Assembly (NCBI GenBank): GCA_963753785.1
Contig: CAVWDL010000008.1
Location: 166,064-230,063 of the forward strand
Direction: 5' to 3'
DNA length: 64,000 nucleotides
Source: an uncultured Candidatus Micrarchaeota archaeon
GTDB lineage: Archaea > Micrarchaeota > Micrarchaeia > Micrarchaeales > CABMGC01
The notes under the pieces were generated by a model, which was given only the letters and a program-made list of their open reading frames with translations, was not told the DNA's origin and made no database searches. Positions 26,610 through 35,740 of this stretch are shown one piece after another (within the stretch, counting starts at the first letter, position 1; the number at the start of each line of letters is the position of its first letter). A program made the position numbers and the translations under genes.

Positions 26610-29085
26610 ATGCCCGAAATCACAAACGTAACGTTGGAAGACGAGATTCAGGCGAGCTTCGTCGAATACGCGATGAGCGTGATCATAAGCAGGGCGATAC
26701 CTGACGTGAGGGACGGGCTCAAGCCTGTGCAGAGGAGGATACTCTACACCATGTACAACATGAACAACGTCCACAACCAGCCCACCAAGAAGAGCGCCAG
26801 GATAGTCGGAGAGGTCATGGGTAAGTACCACCCCCACGGCGACTCCCCGATATACGAGGCGCTGGTGAGGATGGCGCAGGGATTCTCCATGAACCACACC
26901 CTTGTGGAGGGACAGGGGAACTTCGGATCGATGGACGGTGACCCTCCTGCCGCAATGAGGTACACCGAGGTCAGGCTCTCGAAGATAGCCGACGAGATGC
27001 TCAGCGACCTTGACAAGGAGACGGTGACGTTCGTTCCCAACTTCGACAACACGGAGAGGGAGCCCGAGGTGCTGCCTGCCATAGTCCCGAACCTGCTGAT
27101 AAACGGCGCTTCCGGAATAGCGGTCGGAGTGGCTACCAACATACCTCCGCACAACCTCATCAGAGGTCTGCGATGCGATGCTATACGCCCTCGAGCACAA
27201 GGAGGCGACCGCCGACGACCTCATGTATATAATAAAAGGGCCTGACTTCCCGACCGGAGGGATCGCGATAATGAGCCAGAACGCATACAACGGATACAGG
27301 TTCGGGCGCGGGCAGCTGACGCTCAGGGCCAAGACGATCATCGACGAGAAGAAGCGCAGGATAGAGATAACCGAGATGCCATACAACGTGAACAAGGCCA
27401 CTTTCATAGAGACCGTGGCCCATCTTGCCCGCGACAAGAAGATAACTGGGATAAGGGACATAAGGGACGAGAGCGGAAGGGGCGGCGTGAGCGTGATAAT
27501 AGAGCTCAAGGAGGACGCGAACGCCGAGCAGATCATAAACCAGCTCTTCAAGCACACGCAGCTGGAGGTTACCGTGCCGCTGATAAACCTCGCCGTACAG
27601 GGCAAGATGCTCAAGAGCTTCAACATAATCCAGATGCTTACCGCCTTCATAAACTACAGGAGGGAGGTGATAACCGAAGAGGAGCACCTTCGAGCTTCGG
27701 CGTGGCGAAGGACAGGCTGCACCTGGTCACGGGCTGCTGATCGCGATAGCGAGGATATCCGAAGTGATAGAGACTATAAAGAAGAGCAAGGAGGTTGCCG
27801 AGGCAAGGAAGAACCTGATGTCCATCTACTCCCTGTCGGAGAAGCAGGCCAACGCGATACTCGAGATGCGGCTGAGCAGGCTCACCCAGCTGGAGAACGA
27901 TACGCTGAACAAGGAGAAGGGCGGACCTCGAGGCGAGGATCGCCTACCACACCGAGGTGCTGGCGAACCCCGCGAAGGTCGACGAGATAATAGGCGACGA
28001 GACCCGCGAAATAAAGAAGAAGTACGGAAGGGAGAGGAGGACCGAGATCAGTCTACATGGACCAGCAGGTCGACATAAAGGACGAGGACCTGATAAGCGA
28101 CGACGAGGTCAGCATAATACTCACGAACTCGGGCTACGTGAAGAGGATGGGAACCGGCAGCTACAAGGAGCAGGACAGGGGCGGGAAGGGAATCATCGCA
28201 ATGAACCTTAAGGAAGGGGACTTCATCAAGCACATGATAACCGCCAGGAACAAGGACTTCATACTCTGCGTCTCCAACCTCGGGAGGATATACTGGCTGA
28301 AGGCCTACAACATACCTGAGGGCGGAAGGTACTCCGAGGGCAAGGCGATAGTCAACCTGCTCAACCTCAAGGACGAGAAGATAGTGACGATCTTCAACAT
28401 CAAGGACTTCTCCAAGGCGAAGATCGCATTCCTTACGGCCAAGGGCACGGTGAAGAAGATAAACGCGTCCCTCTTCTCGAAGCCCAGGTCCACCGGGGTC
28501 AGGGCGATAACCCTCAACGAGGGCGACGACCTCGTCGACGCCATAGTGTTCATGGAGCCGCTGCTGATTGCGGTCACGAGGAACGGCAAGTCGATAAAAT
28601 TCTCCGAGGCTGACATAAGGCAGACGGGCAGGTCCTCCGCAGGCGTCAGGGGAATCAGGCTGCAAGACAAGGACTCCGCGAAGAACTTGATCTCCGCGAA
28701 CGAGACTGGCAGCGTGCTCACGATCTCCGAGAAGGGCTACGGGAAGATAACCGACATCGCCGAGTACAGGACGCAGGGAAGGGGAGGCAGCGGAGTGCTG
28801 AACCTGAAGGTCAACGACAAGACAGGACCTGTAGCCAAGGCCCTCTATGTGAGCAAGGAGAAGAAACTGCTGCTGATAAACTCGCTCGGGGTCAGCATAA
28901 TGATCCCGATAGCGTCGATAAGGGTGACGGGAAGGGCGGCCAGCGGAGTCCGCCTCATGAAAGTGCAGCCCGGCGCGAAGGTCATAGACGCGAAACTGAT
29001 GCTGGAGGACGAGGCGGGAATTCCTGCACCTGACTTGGCGGAGGGAACCGAATCCTCTTCCCCCGCTCCTGATCAGGTGCAGTGA
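26610..29085 (+). pseudogene. gyrA: DNA gyrase subunit A, frame broken at least six times between 27159 and 28050
   Basis: GyrA-like peptides can be followed across frames 0,1,2,0,2,0,1. In order they are ...NIPPHNL / [11 protein letters not shown]...REVIT / KRSTFELRR / AKDRLHLVTG / LLIAIARISEV...LNKEK / ADLEARIAYHTEVL...RRTEI / VYMDQQVDIKDEDLI...GYVKRM. The N-terminal 550 nt and the C-terminal beta-pinwheel (1 kb) are intact. Confidence 0.9.
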
Positions 29086-31850
29086 TCATTTCCAGTACTT
29101 CTTCGTCCTGACGAAATTCTTCTGCGCCTCTATCAGGTCCACGACGAACTGCTTGTACTCCTTTCTCATCAGCCTGAGCACGCGCGCAGCCGTCGCCGTG
29201 CCGACCCCGTATATGGTGAGCGCGGCTAGCGCCCTGCTTCCGTAGGCGTCCACCAATCCCGCCTCCGAAACTGCCTCCCTGTACTTCTTCGACTGCAGAT
29301 CGCTCAACGCCTTTCCCTCTATTCTCCTCCTTACCGCCTCCCCCCTCTTCTCCTCATACACTGCGACCATCGGGCTCTTGCACCTCGGGCATGCGACCGC
29401 ATCGTCCTTTTCGGCGACCACCTGCTTGGCGAACTAAGCCCGCAGAAGGTGCACAAGAGGTCGAGCCTCTTTTCGTTTATCTTCTGCTCGAACTGATTTA
29501 TCGTCTCCTGGTCCGGGAGCGTCGGGAGCAGCAGCTCCTTGTGGTAGTACGCCGCCTTGAGTATCTCGTTGGCGAGGGGCGACGGCGACCCTCCCTCGAA
29601 CACGCTGACCTTTATCCTGCCCCTCCTCAATTCATCGAGGAATCCCGAAGCTGTCTCTATGTCGAAGTAGTTCTTCTTCAGGTCCCTCAGCGCTTCCTGC
29701 GCGATGGGCGAGTCGCTGTAGAACTTGACGAGCCTGTCCGCGCCGTTCTTGGAGACAGTCGCCCTCTTCTCGACTATCCCGAAGAGCTTGCAGACCTGCA
29801 CGAACTTGTACCTGAACAGGTCGGTGCCCGATATCAGTCCGCCGCTCCCTACGACGCTGTCCATCGCGTAGTTCCTGATGGTGTCGAAGATCCTCTCCAT
29901 GCTGGGCCTTCTCCTGGTGCTGCCGAAGTCGACTATCAGGGCGTAGGGCGTCGCCCTCACTATCACCCTGACTCCCGAGAGCTTCGTCGCGGAGTAGCCT
30001 ATGAGCTTCGAGAGGAACTCGTTGGCGAGCTTTCCGAGCGCGATGTGCACTATCGCGTGGTCGTCAAGCTCCTCTATCACGAGCGTCTTCTCGCCCGGGA
30101 CGAAAATCTTCCTCTGCGCATCGACAAGCTTCCTGATGCTTGCGTCCGAATTGGCGTCGACGAGCTTAGTTTCGCGGATTCCATCCCGGAAAGGCGCAAG
30201 CGCGAGCTCCGCGGTCCTCCTCGATACTGGAATGTCCTCCCCCTCCCAGTCCGGTATCGCCGCCTCGAAGTCCGCGCTCGGCTCCACGTAGATGACTTCC
30301 TTGTCTATGCTCACTACCTTCCACGGGAGCCCCTTCGTTATGAAGACCGCTCCCTCCTCCACATAATTGGAGACGAACTCCTCGTCAAGGCTGGAGATTA
30401 TCCTGTTGTTCGCAGTGTTCTTCACCATGAACCTTATCGAGTCCGGGATGACGCTTATGTTTGTGAAGAAGTAGCCGCGGGACCTGTAGCCTATGCTGAT
30501 GAAGCCCTCCCTGAACCTTATCAGGCGCTCGTTGTCGAGAAAGCCAGCCACCTTGTCGAAATCCTCGCGCGGGAGCCTGGAGAATGTCGCGGACCTCCTC
30601 ACCAGCGCGTAGACCTTGTCCGCTCCCACCTTCTTGTACTCGAGCGCCATGGCGCAGAGCTGGTTGGCGAGCACGTCAAGAGCGTTCTCCTCGATCTCCG
30701 CCGCCTCCATCTCGCCCGCCTGCATCTGCTTGATTATGGCGAGAGATTCGAGCGCCTCGAGATTGTTCGCGACTATTATCACGCCGTAGGAGACCTCCTT
30801 CTCCCTGTGCCCTCCCCTTCCGACCCTCTGTATGAGCCTCGCCACCCTCCTCGGGGATCCGTACTGTATGACGAGGTTTATGGCGCCGATGTCTATGCCT
30901 AGCTCGAGGGAGCTCGTGGCTATTATGCTCTTGACCGTGCCCTCCTTGAACTCGTTCTCGACCCTTATCCTCTCGTCCCTGTCCAGGGAGCTGTGGTGCA
31001 CCCCGATGCTGCCGAAGCCCTGCGTCCTGTTGAAATAAAGCAGCTTGCTTCCAAGGGATTCCACGACCTGCCTCGTGTTTGCGAAGATGAGCGTAGAGTT
31101 CGATTCCTTGACGAGCTCCGATATCCTCTCTATCCTGGCGAGAGTCGCCGCGTCGAGGTTGAACTTCTCCCTAAATTCCTTGTAGTCCTTGCTCGGGGCC
31201 AGCGGCATCTCTATCACCGCCCTTATCTCCTTTATCGTCTTGGAATCTATCGCCTTGCACTGCCTTCCCCCGCACAGGAACTTCCTGGCCCCCTCGCTGT
31301 TTCCGAGGGTCGCGCTTATTCCTATCCTCTGGTAGTCTCCTGCGACCTCCGCCAGCCTCTCCATCGCGACCGCCAGCTGCGCGCCCCTCTTGTTGGAGTA
31401 AAGCTCGTGGAGCTCGTCCACTATCACCATCCTCACGTTCGCGAGCGAGGCCCTCAGCCTCGGGGAGAGGAAGAGGTTCTGCAGCGTTTCAGGGGTGGTT
31501 ATGAGTACCTGCGGAGGGTTCGCCGCCTGCAGCTGCCTCTCCTTTGTCGGGGTGTCCCCGTGCCTGACCGATATGCTCACTCCCAACTCATCCGCGAGCG
31601 CGTTGAGCCTCTTGATTAGGTCCCTGTTGAGCGCCCTCAAGGGTGTTATGTAGAGGGTGTGTATCCCTTTGGCGTGCTCCTTCGTTATCCTGTCGAAGAC
31701 GGGAAGCATCGCGGCCTCTGTCTTGCCGTTGCCTGTGGGCGCGCTGATCACGCAGTTGTCCCCGGCCTCTATTGTCTTGAATGCGGCATTCTGTATGTCG
31801 GTGAAGCTGCCGTACCTTTTGAGGAAGATCTCATAGGGAGTAGACGCCAT
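29086..31850 (-). pseudogene. lhr: Lhr-type large superfamily-2 helicase, one frame break near the C-terminal zinc finger
   Basis: Motif I (SAPTGNGKTEAAMLP), motif II (VIVDELHELYS) and Lhr-like C-domains are present. The likely start is MASTPYEIF at 31850. The frame shifts at about 29432-29434 within CTFCGLS/FAKQVVAEKDDAVACPRCKS. Confidence 0.8.
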
Positions 31851-31852
31851 GC

Positions 31853-33484
31853 TTATCCGAACGGTATGAACGCCTTGCCCAACGACAGCGCCGTTTTGTT
31901 GGTCGTGGAATAGTTCATCGCCAGCCTCAGGTTCTCTCCGAAAACGAAGCCGCTCAGCTTGCCAGACGTGCCGAAACATTCGGGGCTGACTTCTGCGGAC
32001 TCGCCGCTTGCCAGGGTCACGTTGAGGGGAAACGGCAGCACGTTCCCGAGAGTGTAGCACTCCGCGCCCAGCAGCCTCACTGTGGCGTTTAGCTTGTTCG
32101 TCACCCTGAAGCCGATCGTGCCGTTAAAGTACGTCACGTTGCCGCATCCGAAAGTGTCGTTGAAAGAGCAGGTGTCCACGATCCCAGACTTCAGCATGAG
32201 CGAGTTCCCCGGAATCTTGAACGCTCCTATGATTCCTGCCGCGACGGGCACCGCGCTCACCGCGAACGAGGTGTTCAGTAGCGACAGTACCGTGAAATTG
32301 TAGCTGCCTATGTAGGCGGTCGTCCTGACGAGCGAAAGGTTCTGGATTCCGCCCGAGGCAGGAAGCAGGTAAGTGCTGCAGTAGCTTGTGCCGTTGATCA
32401 CATCGATCAGGCCGTAGCACACGTTTGTCTGCGGCGTGTTGTTCGAGATGCTGGCGTAGATGAATGAGGCGTTGGCGAAGAAGAACGTTTTTGCTGCGTA
32501 GGAGGAGTCCTTGCTCTCCCCGCTGTAGTTTCCTATCATTACCGTGTTGCTGATCTCTATCTTGTTGTAGAGGGTGGAGTTCACTCCGCCTTTCAGCATG
32601 CTCGCGTTGGAGGCCGCCGCACCCATCATGCTCAGGCAGGTCCCGTTGCCCTCGTATGACAGTGTCTTGATCCATCCGCCGGAATACCAGCTGCAGAACG
32701 TCGTGCCCCCTGACATGTTGATGAATGTCGTAATCACGCCTCCCGTGCTGACGTTCTTCCATTCAAGGCCGGAAGCGGAAGCTGCGACTGAGAAGATGTC
32801 GGGGTCTATGTACCCCTTGATCCAGATGGAATACGCGCTGGACCCGTTGACGTAGTCCGCATCCGAGACTGTTATGTTCTTTATTTCGAGCGCAGTCAGG
32901 TTTACGAGCGGAGTGATGAAGCTGTCTATCTTGGAATTTCCTGTCAGCGCGAAGCCGCTCATTCCGTACTTGTTCGAGAGGTACGACGAAAGCAGATATC
33001 CTCCCCTGGTGAAGTTCTCTCCCCTTATCGAGGTGGCGTTGGCCTTGGGAAGCATGCTTCCAGGAGCCGCCGCCTGCGAGCTCAGTACGGAGAACCTGAT
33101 GCTGGTCTGTGCGTCTGCCCTGTTCTCAAGGCTGTAGAGTTTGCCCGGATCCGCCACTGCCTCTATCGTGTAGTTACCCGCAAGCGTAGGGCTGTAATTG
33201 TATATTATCGAGGTCTGCTTTCCGACAGGCAGCGTGACTTTGTAGAGGCTGGTCAGGTTTCCGTTTACGAGCACACCTATGCTCATGTTGTCTATGTTGC
33301 TGTTCCCTTTGTTGAAGACTCCGATGGTCATCGAGACCTTCTGGTAAGGATAAAGCGCCGCCTTTGCTGTGCTGTTCGCAGAGAGCGCTATGTCCAGCGT
33401 GGGCTGGTAGAAGAACATCAGGTACAGCCCCACCGCAAGTATCAGCACAATCACGAAAATCCAAACATAACTCTCATTCTTCAT
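31853..33484 (-). CDS. Signal-anchored extracellular protein with about 30 N-glycosylation sequons (surface/S-layer-like candidate)
   Basis: The N-terminal hydrophobic helix is YVWIFVIVLILAVGLYLMFF. The remainder is rich in N, S, T, G and Y, with NxS/T roughly every 18 aa by manual count. I recognise no enzymatic motif. Confidence 0.55.
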   Translation of the reverse strand: MKNESYVWIFVIVLILAVGLYLMFFYQPTLDIALSANSTAKAALYPYQKVSMTIGVFNKGNSNIDNMSIGVLVNGNLTSLYKVTLPVGKQTSIIYNYSPTLAGNYTIEAVADPGKLYSLENRADAQTSIRFSVLSSQAAAPGSMLPKANATSIRGENFTRGGYLLSSYLSNKYGMSGFALTGNSKIDSFITPLVNLTALEIKNITVSDADYVNGSSAYSIWIKGYIDPDIFSVAASASGLEWKNVSTGGVITTFINMSGGTTFCSWYSGGWIKTLSYEGNGTCLSMMGAAASNASMLKGGVNSTLYNKIEISNTVMIGNYSGESKDSSYAAKTFFFANASFIYASISNNTPQTNVCYGLIDVINGTSYCSTYLLPASGGIQNLSLVRTTAYIGSYNFTVLSLLNTSFAVSAVPVAAGIIGAFKIPGNSLMLKSGIVDTCSFNDTFGCGNVTYFNGTIGFRVTNKLNATVRLLGAECYTLGNVLPFPLNVTLASGESAEVSPECFGTSGKLSGFVFGENLRLAMNYSTTNKTALSLGKAFIPFG

Positions 33485-33963
33485 CAGGTCGCCTCTATCG
33501 CACTCTTGTTCTTCAGCTCCTTTATCGCCTCCGCCACCTTTCCGGAGATCTCCTTGTAGTCCTTCTCGTACAGCCCGTCCGCCCAGGCCTGTGCGTCGTG
33601 TTTGTCCCCCATGCTTGGCGGCTTCAGGCAGAACTTGCCCTGGGAATTGTCTACGAGCCCCATCTTCTTCATCCTGAGGAGGTGGTACCTTAGCGTCTTC
33701 TCGTTCATGGCCTCCCAGTTCTTCCCTATGTATTCCATAAGCTCTACTGCGCTGGGCTCGCTCCTCCTCACGAACTGGAAGTTTATCAGCGCGTCAAGGA
33801 CGGCCACCGCGCTGAGCCTCGACTCTCCGGGGTTCAGGAGCCCGAGCGAGAGCGCGAGCCACCTCACTGTGGACCTCCTCGTCTCAAGGACTTCCCTGGT
33901 GAGCCTCATGTTTCTGAGCGTAAGCTCCTTCTCTATCAGTTCCGACTCTCCCAATTCTGCCAT
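33484..33963 (-). CDS. Hypothetical winged-helix protein
   Basis: The 159-aa ORF has a wHTH-like segment (LMEYIGKNWEAMNEKTLRYHLLRMKKMGLVDNSQGKF). Its stop overlaps the start of the downstream surface-protein gene. Confidence 0.45.
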   Translation of the reverse strand: MAELGESELIEKELTLRNMRLTREVLETRRSTVRWLALSLGLLNPGESRLSAVAVLDALINFQFVRRSEPSAVELMEYIGKNWEAMNEKTLRYHLLRMKKMGLVDNSQGKFCLKPPSMGDKHDAQAWADGLYEKDYKEISGKVAEAIKELKNKSAIEAT

Positions 33964-34065
33964 GACATCAACGGAATGCTCAGTGTATATGCAGACTAAC
34001 TCTTATATTTTTATACGCTGGAGATTTATATGCGCCTTGCTCCTCTTTGAAAGTGCGAAAGCGGG

Positions 34066-34302
34066 ATGAGAGGTAAGTTATTGCCGAAATATTACAAGAT
34101 AAGCAACGACAGGCAGGTGCTCTACGTCACCGTCGACGACGGAGGCGCCGTGATAATAAAGGACGAGGCGGGAAGGAAGGTCTTCCTCTCGAAGTACCAG
34201 GCGAAGCTGATGAAGTTCGGTATAGACAACCTGCTTAAGGATCTGTTCAAGGACGTCGATTCGAAGGACGTCAAGGTAGAGGAGCTAGCGTCTCCTAAAT
34301 GA
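34066..34302 (+). CDS. Small hypothetical protein (78 aa) upstream of prefoldin beta
   Basis: The ORF uses host-like codons. Its stop overlaps a possible pfdB ATG (ATGA). I recognise no family. Confidence 0.35.
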   Translation: MRGKLLPKYYKISNDRQVLYVTVDDGGAVIIKDEAGRKVFLSKYQAKLMKFGIDNLLKDLFKDVDSKDVKVEELASPK

Positions 34303-34673
34303 GGTATTTTATGGCAACACAACAAACCGACGGGGCCCAGGAGGCGGAGAAGACAGTGAGGGAGTACCAGATGGTCCAGGAGCAGCTTCGCTCAGCGTCC
34401 ATGCAGCTCGAGCAGCTCCAGGCCCAGAAGGCGGAGCTGGAGAAGGCGCAGGAGGAGCTGTCGGGGGCCACGGGCAAGGTGTACATAACGGTCGGCGGAG
34501 TCATAGTCGAGACCACCAAGCAGAAGGCGATCGAGGACATCAAGGGCAGGTCGGAGGTCAACGGGGTGAGGCTCGCCTCCATGACGAAGCAGCGCGGCGA
34601 GCTCAAGGCCAAGGACAAGCAGCTCGGCGAGAAGCTGACCCAGATGTACAAGCGGGGCCAGGGCAGCGGCTGA
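34299..34673 (+). CDS. pfdB: Prefoldin beta subunit
   Basis: Coiled-coil halves flank a beta hairpin (LEQLQAQKAELEKAQEEL...KVYITVGGVIVETTKQKAIEDI...). An alternative ATG lies at 34311. Confidence 0.8.
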   Translation: MRYFMATQQTDGAQEAEKTVREYQMVQEQLRSASMQLEQLQAQKAELEKAQEELSGATGKVYITVGGVIVETTKQKAIEDIKGRSEVNGVRLASMTKQRGELKAKDKQLGEKLTQMYKRGQGSG

Positions 34674-34679
34674 TGAGAG

Positions 34680-35678
34680 ATGCGCAACATCTCCTTCCTA
34701 GAACTGTGCGATTTCATAAAGGCGCACAAGGGTAGCAAGGTTGCGCTCTCCTTCCATACGATAGGAGACAGGGACGGCGTCGGTTCCGCTGTAGCGCTCT
34801 CCGAATATTTCGGGAACGCGACAGTCGTGACGCCCGACTTCATCACCAACAACGCAAAGAGGATGCTCTCCTATCTGAACCTCCAGGGGATTGTGCACAC
34901 CGAATTCCCCAAGGACGCGGAAGCGATAATCATAATGGACACGAACAACCTCTTCGCGCTGGGCAAGCATGAAGCAGAGCTCAAGGATTTCAAGGGAGAG
35001 ATTCTGTTCATAGACCATCACGCCCCTCGCGAAGGCCTGAATGACAGCGTGCGGATATTCAACGACGAGTCCTATAACTCTACCGCGAGCATAGTGTACG
35101 CCGCGATGAAGAAGGTGGGGATGGAGATAAAAAGGGAGACAGCCATCCTGCTGCTGAATGGAATAATAGCCGATTCGGCCGACCTCCAGAATGCGTTTCC
35201 GGAGACATTCAGGCAGGTGGCCGAGCTTCTTGAGATCGCCAAGGTGGATTTCTCCTTCTTCTCCGATTTTGTGAACAAGAGCATACCTGTCAGGAACAAG
35301 TACCAGGTTCTAAGGGACATATTCGAGGCAAGGACGGAAGTGCTCGGCGATTACCTGCTGATATACGGGAGGGCCACCGAGCATGCTAACGTCGCGGCGG
35401 ACACCGCCATCAGGCTCGACGCGGACATCGCTCTTTTCTGGGTGACGAGCAACACCGAAGCGTCGATATCCGCCAGGATGCGCAGTCCTCTCGACAAGGA
35501 GCTTTCGATAAACCTGGGGATGCTGATGCACGACATAGGCCCCATGGTTGGGGGCAACGGCGGAGGCCACCCCTGCGCTGCGGGGGCGTACGGCTCCAAG
35601 AGAGAAGCCGCACAGGAAGCCGGAGAGGAGGCAATCCGAAGAATAAAGGAGAAGATCGCATCAGCGATGCACAAGTAA
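34680..35678 (+). CDS. DHH/DHHA1-family phosphoesterase (NrnA/RecJ-like)
   Basis: The family motifs HTIGDRDGVGSA, IIMDTNN, FIDHH and GGGHPCAAGA are all present. Confidence 0.8.
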   Translation: MRNISFLELCDFIKAHKGSKVALSFHTIGDRDGVGSAVALSEYFGNATVVTPDFITNNAKRMLSYLNLQGIVHTEFPKDAEAIIIMDTNNLFALGKHEAELKDFKGEILFIDHHAPREGLNDSVRIFNDESYNSTASIVYAAMKKVGMEIKRETAILLLNGIIADSADLQNAFPETFRQVAELLEIAKVDFSFFSDFVNKSIPVRNKYQVLRDIFEARTEVLGDYLLIYGRATEHANVAADTAIRLDADIALFWVTSNTEASISARMRSPLDKELSINLGMLMHDIGPMVGGNGGGHPCAAGAYGSKREAAQEAGEEAIRRIKEKIASAMHK

Positions 35679-35740
35679 AAACATCCAATCCAGCAGCACA
35701 GAGTTATATACTTCAAACTCCGAATTGATTTTGTGAGCAC

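Noticed and set aside
26361-27650. A 429-aa ORF antisense to gyrB/gyrA. Similar long antisense ORFs occur at 29391-30902, 40088-41122, 45700-46761, 54523-55281, 58561-59547, 59845-60762 and 21849-22724.
   Set aside because: Each of these lies opposite a gene with clear family motifs. Their translations are Arg/Leu/Val/His-rich low-information sequence. The host codon bias (few TTA/CTA/TCA codons) depletes stop codons on the antisense strand, so long open frames there are expected artefacts.
27159-28050. Programmed ribosomal frameshifting or an intein/intron as the explanation for the gyrA frame changes.
   Set aside because: The breaks go in both directions (five +1-type and one -1-type). They occur six times within 900 nt and are not associated with slippery heptamers or downstream structures that I could see. 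The flanking peptides join seamlessly, with no inserted sequence.
31851-32060. The extended 5' end of the helicase ORF (70 extra codons).
   Set aside because: This part overlaps the 3' end of the surface-protein gene and is Arg-rich. The conserved helicase N-terminus begins at MASTPYEIF (ATG at 31850).
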